Part shown: positions 56,558-64,000 of the stretch, piece after piece | Layout of the letters: each line of letters begins with the position of its first letter | Position numbering within the stretch: the first letter of the stretch is position 1 | Assembly: GCA_965224275.1 (NCBI GenBank) | Contig: CBDCYR010000009.1 | Coordinates: 235,533 to 299,532, forward strand | DNA: 64,000 bases | Source of the DNA: Alphaproteobacteria bacterium | GTDB lineage: Bacteria > Pseudomonadota > Alphaproteobacteria > SHVV01 | Direction of reading: 5' to 3' | The notes under the pieces: generated by a model | What the model saw: only the letters and a program-made list of their open reading frames with translations | Database searches by the model: none | Told to the model about the DNA's origin: nothing | Program-made: the position numbers and the translations under genes

Positions 56558-57223
56558 TCAGTTGAGATTGAGACGCAGCGCGGCCGCGGTCGCCCACGGC
56601 GTCAGCGCCAGCGATCCTAGGAACAGACCGCCGAGGATAAGCAAATGCGGTCGCGCGCCCAGCCCGCTAATCGATCCATCGATCGCGGCAACGCCAAAGA
56701 TGAGAATCGGGATGTAGAGCGGCAATACCAGGATCGTTAGCAGCACGCCACCTCTTCGTATGCCGACCGTAAGGCCAGCGCCGATGGCGCCAATCAGACT
56801 GAGCGTCGGCGTTCCCAACGCCATTGCGCTGACCAACGTGAGCAACCCGGCGATTTCCATATTAAGCAGGAGCGCGAGGATTGGTGCCGCGATGATCAAT
56901 GGCAGGCCGGTGGTTATCCAGTGCGCCGTACACTTTGCGACCACCAACAATTCAAGCGGCAAGGGACCCAGCATGAGGAGGTCGAGACTGCCGTCTTCGT
57001 AGTCGGCCTGGAACAACCGGTCGAGTGACAATAGGGCAGCCAACAACGCGGCAACCCAGACGACGCCGGCACTAATGCGACGCAGGATTCCCGCTTCGGG
57101 CCCAACCCCGAGCGGAAACAGAATGACCGCCAGCACGAAAAACGCGACCGCTAAGACAACCGCGCCGCCCTGTCGCAATGACAGTCGAATATCGCGGCCG
57201 ACGATGAGGGCGAACGGTTTCAT
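56558..57223 (-). CDS. ccmB: Heme exporter protein CcmB
   Basis: A 221-aa six-TM protein with FQADYEDGSLDLL and PLYIPILIFG signatures. It overlaps ccmA by 4 nt. Confidence 0.9.
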   Translation of the reverse strand: MKPFALIVGRDIRLSLRQGGAVVLAVAFFVLAVILFPLGVGPEAGILRRISAGVVWVAALLAALLSLDRLFQADYEDGSLDLLMLGPLPLELLVVAKCTAHWITTGLPLIIAAPILALLLNMEIAGLLTLVSAMALGTPTLSLIGAIGAGLTVGIRRGGVLLTILVLPLYIPILIFGVAAIDGSISGLGARPHLLILGGLFLGSLALTPWATAAALRLNLN

Positions 57224-57849
57224 ACCGTCTGTGACTCGCGGCGTCGCGTCAGTTCCAAAACCTCCGCATTCGGGACATCTATATCAATGTGCGTCGCCAG
57301 CATGGCCAGGCCGTCGCCATCGAGATGCTGTCGCAGGGCAGCGGTAAATCGCGAAACGCTATCTCGATCGAGTGCGACCGTGGGTTCATCCAGTAACCAC
57401 AGCGGACTATCGGTGACCCCGAGGCGTGCGAGGCCGAGTCGACGCCGTTCGCCGGCCGATAGAAACCGTGCCGGGATATCGGCCAGTGAATCGAGGCCAA
57501 ACAGAGTCAGCGCCTGCTCGACCCGGTGGATGGGGTCATCGCTCCGCTCGGTATAGGCGGCCCAGAATTTCAAGTTCTCTCGGACGCTAAACACCGGTTT
57601 GATCGCATCAGTGTGCCCGACATAAGTAAGCCGTGCGCGGTGACTGTCGACGTCGATCGGCTTCTCATCCCAAGACAGCGATCCCTCCGCAGCCGCCATG
57701 AGGGACGCCGCAATTCTTAGCAGGCTGGATTTTCCCGACCCGTTCGGCCCGCGGAGAATGAGCGCGCTACCGGGCACCACGGCGAACGACAGCTCCGAGA
57801 ACACCACGCGACCCCCACGTAAGCAGAGGAGATTTTCACCGCGAAACAT
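57220..57849 (-). CDS. ccmA: Cytochrome c biogenesis heme-transporting ATPase CcmA
   Basis: The internal start MFRGENLLCLRGG is used. Walker A is GPNGSGKSSLLR, the signature is LSAGERRRL, and Walker B is LWLLDEP. The longer 57993 ORF would overlap the upstream crotonase gene. Confidence 0.88.
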   Translation of the reverse strand: MFRGENLLCLRGGRVVFSELSFAVVPGSALILRGPNGSGKSSLLRIAASLMAAAEGSLSWDEKPIDVDSHRARLTYVGHTDAIKPVFSVRENLKFWAAYTERSDDPIHRVEQALTLFGLDSLADIPARFLSAGERRRLGLARLGVTDSPLWLLDEPTVALDRDSVSRFTAALRQHLDGDGLAMLATHIDIDVPNAEVLELTRRRESQTV

Positions 57850-57863
57850 TCGGCAACATCGCC

Positions 57864-58649
57864 TCAGTCGGATTCGTCGGGTCGGGCCCGGTGCGAGAGA
57901 AATCGATCGGCGGCTTCCTCCCAGGTTGCGTCGAGCACCTGTTTGCCGATGCGGAACTCGTTGGCGATCGCCGCTTCCTCCGCCAGGCCCCATTGTTCGA
58001 AAGCCGATTGGCGATCGCCGCGCAGGCAGGCTTGGGGCAGCTCAGCCAGTTCGCGCGCCAGACGCTGTGCTGCTGGAAGCGCTTCATCGTCGGGGACCAC
58101 GCGGTTGACGAGGCCGATCGCGAGCGCTTCATCTGCCGCCACCGGGCGACCGGTGAGTATCAAGTCGAGAGCGCGGCCCATGCCGATCATGCGCGGCAGC
58201 CGTACCGAACCGCCATCGACTAGAGGAATGCCGAATCGTCTGTTCAACACACCCAGGATTGCACCTTCCTCGGCAATCCGCATATCGCACCACAGCGCCA
58301 GTTCCAAACCACCGCCGACCGCATAGCCAGCGATCGCACCGATCACAGGTTTGGTAAGCATTAGGCGCGACGGCCCCATCGGGCCGTCGCCGTCGGGCGC
58401 AAGCCGACTTTCGGTGCCGTCGCGCCGGACGACCGCCTTGAGATCGGCACCGGCGCAGAAGTGACCATCCGCGCCCGACAGGACCGCGACGCGGGCGTCA
58501 TCGTCGGCCTCGAACGAACGAAACGCCGCCGAGAGATCTTCAGAATGGGCGCGATCAACGGCGTTTCGCGCTTGCGGCCGATTGATGACCACGGTCGTAA
58601 CCGCACCGTTCTTCTCAACGTCTATCGACATAAATCTTGCCTCGCCCAC
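57864..58649 (-). CDS. Enoyl-CoA hydratase/isomerase (crotonase) family protein
   Basis: VINRPQARNAVD, FCAGADLK and the oxyanion region IAGYAVGGGLELALWCDMRIA. The start may be ATG 58631. Confidence 0.85.
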   Translation of the reverse strand: MGEARFMSIDVEKNGAVTTVVINRPQARNAVDRAHSEDLSAAFRSFEADDDARVAVLSGADGHFCAGADLKAVVRRDGTESRLAPDGDGPMGPSRLMLTKPVIGAIAGYAVGGGLELALWCDMRIAEEGAILGVLNRRFGIPLVDGGSVRLPRMIGMGRALDLILTGRPVAADEALAIGLVNRVVPDDEALPAAQRLARELAELPQACLRGDRQSAFEQWGLAEEAAIANEFRIGKQVLDATWEEAADRFLSHRARPDESD

Positions 58650-58792
58650 CGCCGTTCTCTTGCATAGCGCACTTTGGCCGGCTCGCTATACTATGCGATC
58701 CGAATTAGGCCCATCGAATATAAGATCGGGCCCTTGCGGTAACGCCTTACATGGCGTCGCCATATACAACGAACCGAGCGAGGAGACCTACC

Positions 58793-61486
58793 GTGACGAG
58801 CCCGAGCTTGAACAGCTTCAAAACGCGCCGCACGCTGACCGTCGGCAAACGCAAGTACACCTACTTTAGTCTCAAGGCGGCGGAAGAGGCGCGTCTGGGC
58901 AAGCTCTCGAGATTGCCGAACTCGCTCAAAGTCCTGATCGAAAATCTACTGCGCCACGAGGACGGACGATCGGTAACCAAGGCGGATATCAAAGCCGCCG
59001 GTACCTGGTTGAAGACGAGAAAATCTTCGCTCGAGATTGCCTATCGGCCAGCCCGGGTCTTGATGCAGGATTTCACCGGCGTTCCTGCGGTTGTCGATCT
59101 CGCCGCGATGCGCGGTGCCATGAGTAAACTCGGTGGCGATCCAAAAAAGATCAATCCGCTATCACCTGTCGATCTGGTGATCGACCATTCGGTAATGGTC
59201 GACAATTTCGGTACCCGTAACGCCTTTAGGGACAATGTCGACCTGGAATATCAGCGTAACGCCGAGCGCTACACATTCCTGCGTTGGGGATCGATGGCGT
59301 TCGATAATTTCCGAGTGGTTCCGCCCGGCACCGGCATTTGCCACCAGGTCAACCTTGAATACCTCGCACAGGTGGTGTGGACCAAGCGCGAACACGGGCA
59401 GACCTATGCCTACCCCGACACGCTGGTCGGAACCGACAGCCACACGACGATGGTCAACGGGCTCGCGGTATTGGGCTGGGGCGTCGGCGGCATCGAAGCT
59501 GAGGCGGCGATGCTCGGCCAGCCTGTATCAATGCGCCTACCCGAGGTCATCGGCTTTAAATTGTCCGGCAAGTTGCGCGACGGTGTCACCGCGACCGACC
59601 TCGTGCTCACCGTTACCCAGATGCTGCGCAAGAAAGGCGTGGTCGGGAAGTTCGTCGAGTTTTACGGGCCTGGGCTCAACCAGCTGTCGCTCGCTGATCG
59701 TGCGACGCTCGCCAACATGGCGCCGGAATATGGCGCGACCTGCGGTTTCTTCCCGATCGACCAGGAGACGATCAACTACATGAAAGCGACCGGCCGCAAG
59801 CCGGCCCAGATTGCGCTGGTAGAGAAATATGCCAAGGCGCAGGGCATGTGGCGGACGTCGAGAACCCCGGATCCCGTATTCACAGATACGCTGTCGCTCG
59901 ATATCAGAGGCGTCGAGCCTTGCCTGGCAGGGCCCAAGCGCCCGCAAGATCGCGTCACCCTGGCGAAGGCGGCAGGCGAATTCGGCAAGGCGCTGGTTAA
60001 GGATTTTGGACGGGCTGGCAAATCCGCCAAGCGCCACCCGGTTAAAGGCACCGATTATGAGCTCGGCGATGGCGATGTTGCGATTGCTGCGATCACGAGT
60101 TGCACCAACACCTCCAATCCGAGCGTGATGATCGGTGCCGGTCTTGTCGCCCGCAACGCGGTCAAACGCGGCCTAACGGTCAAACCCTGGGTCAAGACCT
60201 CGCTGGCGCCGGGGTCGAAGGTGGTGAGCGATTACCTCAAAAAGGCCGGGGTCCAAAAGGATCTGGATAAACTTGGCTTCAACCTGGTGGGCTACGGGTG
60301 CACGACCTGTATCGGCAACTCCGGACCGCTGGCTGATCCCATCGCCGATGTTGTCACCAAGAACGATCTTGTCGTCACGTCGGTGCTGTCGGGCAATCGC
60401 AACTTTGAAGGCCGCGTCAGCCCGCACGTTAAGGCCAACTACCTGGCTTCGCCGCCGCTGGTGGTCGCCTACGCGATCGCCGGATCGATGAATATCGATA
60501 TTAGCAAAGAGCCGATTGGAACCGACCCGAAGGGCAAGCCGGTATATTTGCGCGACATCTGGCCGTCGACACGTGAGGTTCAAGAAACGATGCGCCGGTG
60601 TGTGACTGCTGCGATGTTTCGCAAACAATATGGTGCCGTATTCGAGGGCGACCGTGATTGGCGGCGCATCAAGACGAAACACAGCCTCACCTACGCGTGG
60701 CCACGGCGCTCAACCTATGTGAAAGAGCCGCCTTATTTTGATGGAATGAAGGACGAACCCGGGACCTTTAGCGACGTCTCCGGAGCACGCGTGCTGGCGC
60801 TGCTTGGTGACAGCATCACCACCGATCACATATCGCCGGCCGGTGCGATCAAGGCGGACGGACCGGCGGGTGCCTATCTGGCCAGCAACAAAGTCAAGAA
60901 CGCTGATTTCAACTCGTTTGGGTCACGCCGCGGCAATCACGAAATCATGATGCGAGGCACGTTTGCCAACATCCGCTTGCGCAACGAAATGGCGCCCGGC
61001 ACCGAGGGCGGAATCACCCGGCATATGCCGGGCGGCAAGCAGATGTCGATCTACGATGCGGCCATGAAATATGCGGCTTCGTCGACCCCGCTGGTCGTCG
61101 TAGGTGGCAAGGAGTATGGCACCGGATCGTCGCGCGATTGGGCGGCCAAGGGGACCGCACTGCTCGGCATCAAAGCCGTCATCACCGAAAGTTTTGAGCG
61201 CATCCATCGCTCAAATCTAGTCGGGATGGGCGTCTTGCCGTTGGTCTTTACCGGCGGACAAAGCCGCAACACGTTAAAGCTTGATGGCAGCGAGGTGTTC
61301 GACATAACCGGATTGTCTGGCGGAATTACGCCACGCATGAAGGTCGATTGCACGATCACGCGTGCCAATGGCAGGAAGACCACCCTCAAGCTGGTATGCC
61401 TGATCGAGACCGTTGACGAGGTCGCCTACTTCCAGAACGGTGGCATCCTTCACTACGTCTTACGAAACCTTTCCCAGGCAGCGTGA
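58793..61486 (+). CDS. acnA: Aconitate hydratase A
   Basis: GTG 58793 follows GAGGAG at a 7-nt spacing and gives [27 protein letters not shown], a typical AcnA N-terminus. Fe-S ligand regions are [10 protein letters not shown] and [10 protein letters not shown], with [11 protein letters not shown] also present. The ORF-track start 58751 is an alternative. Confidence 0.93.
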   Translation: MTSPSLNSFKTRRTLTVGKRKYTYFSLKAAEEARLGKLSRLPNSLKVLIENLLRHEDGRSVTKADIKAAGTWLKTRKSSLEIAYRPARVLMQDFTGVPAVVDLAAMRGAMSKLGGDPKKINPLSPVDLVIDHSVMVDNFGTRNAFRDNVDLEYQRNAERYTFLRWGSMAFDNFRVVPPGTGICHQVNLEYLAQVVWTKREHGQTYAYPDTLVGTDSHTTMVNGLAVLGWGVGGIEAEAAMLGQPVSMRLPEVIGFKLSGKLRDGVTATDLVLTVTQMLRKKGVVGKFVEFYGPGLNQLSLADRATLANMAPEYGATCGFFPIDQETINYMKATGRKPAQIALVEKYAKAQGMWRTSRTPDPVFTDTLSLDIRGVEPCLAGPKRPQDRVTLAKAAGEFGKALVKDFGRAGKSAKRHPVKGTDYELGDGDVAIAAITSCTNTSNPSVMIGAGLVARNAVKRGLTVKPWVKTSLAPGSKVVSDYLKKAGVQKDLDKLGFNLVGYGCTTCIGNSGPLADPIADVVTKNDLVVTSVLSGNRNFEGRVSPHVKANYLASPPLVVAYAIAGSMNIDISKEPIGTDPKGKPVYLRDIWPSTREVQETMRRCVTAAMFRKQYGAVFEGDRDWRRIKTKHSLTYAWPRRSTYVKEPPYFDGMKDEPGTFSDVSGARVLALLGDSITTDHISPAGAIKADGPAGAYLASNKVKNADFNSFGSRRGNHEIMMRGTFANIRLRNEMAPGTEGGITRHMPGGKQMSIYDAAMKYAASSTPLVVVGGKEYGTGSSRDWAAKGTALLGIKAVITESFERIHRSNLVGMGVLPLVFTGGQSRNTLKLDGSEVFDITGLSGGITPRMKVDCTITRANGRKTTLKLVCLIETVDEVAYFQNGGILHYVLRNLSQAA

Positions 61487-61554
61487 TTGGTATCAAAAAA
61501 AGTATCACAGAGGTTTGATTCGCCGGTTGCCCCGGCGGCAGCTAAGTAGGCTGC

Positions 61555-62295
61555 ATGACAATATTTCTTCGCGCGCTCGCAATATTGGTCGTCGCTGGTG
61601 TCACTACCGGCGGCTTCGTCCACCCCGCCACCGCCGGTGAACCCATTGCCGTCGTCGAGCTCTACACCTCGCAAGGGTGTAACTCGTGCCCGCCGGCCGA
61701 TGAAATGCTGGGTAAGCTTGCCAAGCGCGAAGATGTCGTCGCCTTAAGTCTCCACGTCGATTATTGGGACTATCTTGGTTGGAAGGACACCTTCGGCTCC
61801 GCCGAATTTGTTGCGCGCCAGCGCGGCTACGCCCGTGCCAATGGTCGGCGCACCATTTATACACCCGAGTTAGTGGTCGGCGGTAAGGTCCACGTTGTCG
61901 GCTCCAACCCAGCTGCGGTGAAGCGTGCGTTGGAGATGGCCCAATCCCGTGCCCGCGATAATCTCGATGTGAGTTTCGTGCGTGACAACGAATATGTGAC
62001 GGTGAAGGTTGCTGGCACCAGCGGCGATGCGCGGCGCGCGGCGGTCTTGCTGTTCCGCTATGACCACCAAAACGAGGTTGAGATAGAACGCGGCGAGAAT
62101 GCGGGCAAGACGCTTGCGTACCACAATGTGGTTCGTGAGATCAGACGTCTCGATACCTGGGACGGCAAAGATCTAAGCATCATGCTGCCCGTCAAAGATC
62201 TCAAAATGGGCGGTCGTGACGGGTGTGCGGTGATCGTGCAGGAAGAAGGCAACGGATCGATCATCGGTGCCGCGCGCTTGGCGCTCGCGGACTAG
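61555..62295 (+). CDS. DUF1223 domain-containing (thioredoxin-like) protein
   Basis: A signal peptide, followed by VVELYTSQGCNSCPPAD, VDYWDYLGWKDTF, and TPELVVGG. Confidence 0.85.
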   Translation: MTIFLRALAILVVAGVTTGGFVHPATAGEPIAVVELYTSQGCNSCPPADEMLGKLAKREDVVALSLHVDYWDYLGWKDTFGSAEFVARQRGYARANGRRTIYTPELVVGGKVHVVGSNPAAVKRALEMAQSRARDNLDVSFVRDNEYVTVKVAGTSGDARRAAVLLFRYDHQNEVEIERGENAGKTLAYHNVVREIRRLDTWDGKDLSIMLPVKDLKMGGRDGCAVIVQEEGNGSIIGAARLALAD

Positions 62296-62312
62296 TGGAT
62301 TTCATCCACTAG
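62292..62312. repeat. 21-bp perfect palindrome CTAGTGGATTTCATCCACTAG (copy 2)
   Basis: Identical to the copy at 26335-26355. Its first CTAG contains the TAG stop (62293-62295) of the DUF1223 gene. It lies between the convergent DUF1223 and htpG genes. Confidence 0.65.
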
Positions 62313-62362
62313 CCTCCAGCACTTCCGACGCAGGGTCTTGGTCTGCGCCGTTAGGTCTTTCC

Positions 62363-64000
62363 CTACGCCGCTAAACCCCGAGCCATTACACCGGTAAGAC
62401 GCCGCGAAAAGCCGGCTGGGTCCGGTAGGGGTTCACCTTCCAAAATCAGTGCTTGTTCAAGCAGAAGTTCGGCCGCATCTGCGAGCGTATCGGCCGCCCC
62501 CTCGGTTGAGACAGCTTTCGCCAGAACCTTAATCAGTTCATGGCGCGGATTTATTTCCAGGATGCGCGCTGCGGTTTGATCGAGCTGCTGATGCTGTTTC
62601 AGCAATCGCGCCAGGTGCATATCGACATCGCCCTCGTCCGCAACCAGGCAGACGGGGCTCTCGGTAAGTCGTTCCGAGGCGCGAACGTCTTTCACGCGTT
62701 CATCGAGGTTGAGCTTCAAGAGCGCGATGAGGGCGTTGACTCCCTCTTCGGCGGCGGCTTCGGGCTGGTCGGTTTGGGCTGCGTCGGTTGCCTCGAATTT
62801 GTTCAGATCGATGGTTCCGCGGGTTGCCGAGATCAGCCGCTTGCCCTGATATTCGCCGATCGCGTTAATCCAGAACTCATCGATCGGATCGGTCATCAAC
62901 AACACTTCGAGCCCCTTGGCCGCGAAGCCCTCGATCTGCGGGCTGCGCCGCAGGCCATCGGCGTCTTCGCCGGAGATGTAGTAAATCTCATCCTGCCCCT
63001 CTTTCATCCGGCCGACATAATCCTGTAGCGACACCCACGCGTCGCTTGCGCCGGTTGACCGGAACCGGGCCAGTTCCAGAAGCGCTTCCCTTTGCTCGGT
63101 GTCTTCGTAGACGCCTTCCTTAAGGGGCGCGCCGAAATTGTCCCAGAAGGCGAGATACTCTTCGGGTGTTTTTTCCGCCTTCTTTGCAAGTTCCTTCAGC
63201 ACCCGTTTGACCAGTGCCTTGCGGATCTTGAGCACGACCGGATTGTTTTGCAGCATCTCGCGGCTGATGTTCAGCGAGAGATCTTCGCAATCAACAACGC
63301 CGCGCAGAAAACGCAGATAAGAGGGTACGAGCTCTTCGCAATCGTCGGTGATGAATACCCGTTTTACATAAAGTTTGAGGCGGCCCTTGCGTTGTGGGTC
63401 GAACAGGTCGAGTGGCCGCGTTGAGGGAACGAACAACAGCAGGGTGTACTCGATCTTGCCCTCAGCCTTGGTGTGGAGCGTGAGCCAGGGATCGTCGAAT
63501 ACATGACCGACGTGGTGATAGAACTCTTTGTATTGCTCGTCGGTGATATCCTTCTTCGGTCTCGTCCATAGCGCCGAAGCGGTATTGAGCGGCGTTGCGG
63601 CGTCCGCCGACTCGCTGGCGAGCGTAATTGGCAACGCAATATGATCGGAATAGGTTTTGACGATGTGACGCAATCTGGCGTCTTCGAGAAACTCCTCCTC
63701 GCCCTTCTTCAGTTTCAACGACACCGTTGTGCCACGTCCTTCTTGGGTGCCCTCGGTGACCGTAAAGCTGCCCAGTCCGTCGGAGGTCCAAGTCCAGGCT
63801 TCGGCCTCGCCGGTCTTGCGGCTCTCAACCGTGACTTCTTTCGCTACGATGAACCCGGAGTAAAAGCCGACGCCGAACTGTCCGATCAGGCTGACGCCAT
63901 CGGCCTTAGCCTCATCTTCCTCAAGATCCTGGACGAACTGTGTGGTTCCCGAACGCGCAATCGTTCCCAGATTTTCGATCAGTTCATCGCGGCTCATGCC
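62363..64000 (-). CDS. htpG: Molecular chaperone HtpG (Hsp90), partial; N-terminus lies outside the window
   Basis: LIGQFGVGFYSGFIVA, plus typical middle and C-terminal Hsp90 segments (LNISREMLQ, YYISGE). The frame stays open to the window edge. Confidence 0.93.
   Translation of the reverse strand, partial: GMSRDELIENLGTIARSGTTQFVQDLEEDEAKADGVSLIGQFGVGFYSGFIVAKEVTVESRKTGEAEAWTWTSDGLGSFTVTEGTQEGRGTTVSLKLKKGEEEFLEDARLRHIVKTYSDHIALPITLASESADAATPLNTASALWTRPKKDITDEQYKEFYHHVGHVFDDPWLTLHTKAEGKIEYTLLLFVPSTRPLDLFDPQRKGRLKLYVKRVFITDDCEELVPSYLRFLRGVVDCEDLSLNISREMLQNNPVVLKIRKALVKRVLKELAKKAEKTPEEYLAFWDNFGAPLKEGVYEDTEQREALLELARFRSTGASDAWVSLQDYVGRMKEGQDEIYYISGEDADGLRRSPQIEGFAAKGLEVLLMTDPIDEFWINAIGEYQGKRLISATRGTIDLNKFEATDAAQTDQPEAAAEEGVNALIALLKLNLDERVKDVRASERLTESPVCLVADEGDVDMHLARLLKQHQQLDQTAARILEINPRHELIKVLAKAVSTEGAADTLADAAELLLEQALILEGEPLPDPAGFSRRLTGVMARGLAA

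Noticed and set aside
1-64000. Search for defence or novel multi-gene systems: restriction-modification, toxin-antitoxin, CBASS/retron/Gabija-like genes, CRISPR-Cas, phage genes and IS transposases.
   Set aside because: Every ORF longer than about 150 aa could be assigned to a housekeeping or common accessory family. No nuclease/ATPase/methylase-type defence modules, integrases or transposases were recognisable. Claiming such a system would be unsupported.

Overview
This is a GC-rich chromosomal core segment with alphaproteobacterial, Rhodospirillales-like gene content and order, and it is almost entirely housekeeping. Contents in order:
- Partial TPR/SPY-type glycosyltransferase gene, MscS channel, orphan ABC-2 permease.
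- argD-argF-hslO, a TetR-MFP-RND efflux operon, trkH, folE, apaG.
- metZ preceded by a candidate SAM-II leader plus attenuator, then a radical-SAM gene and tRNA-Gly(CCC).
- A short decayed lower-GC patch carrying a histidine-kinase pseudogene.
- TerB-like gene, DinG/XPD-type Fe-S helicase, class I lysK, GST, SRAP peptidase, an S8-like protein, pyrD, an EAL-like protein, a HAD hydrolase, mmsA.
- sdhCDAB, asd, leuBDC, rplS-trmD-rimM-rpsP, ffh, dapF-mtaB-ftsY, a SLOG/Nudix pair.
- A contiguous ccmA-B-(methyltransferase)-C-D-E-F-G-H-I cluster, a crotonase, acnA, a DUF1223 gene and partial htpG.

I saw no transposase, integrase, CRISPR array, prophage or recognisable defence operon, and I could not support any multi-gene novel system.

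The most unusual signals are non-coding:
- A family of CTAG-bounded palindromic elements: one 293-bp nested-palindrome MITE/RIME-like copy, plus two identical 21-bp copies that each supply the TAG stop codon of a gene.
- A 108-bp GC-rich hairpin immediately after ftsY.
- A SAM-II-like leader with an intrinsic terminator upstream of metZ.

Secondary oddities:
- A SAM-dependent methyltransferase embedded in the ccm cluster.
- An S8 subtilase homolog with a degenerate catalytic triad.
- A degenerate EAL domain protein.
- A very long acidic Glu/Ala/Pro tail on ribosomal protein S16.

All functional calls rest on motif recognition by eye in the supplied translations. No database search was run.
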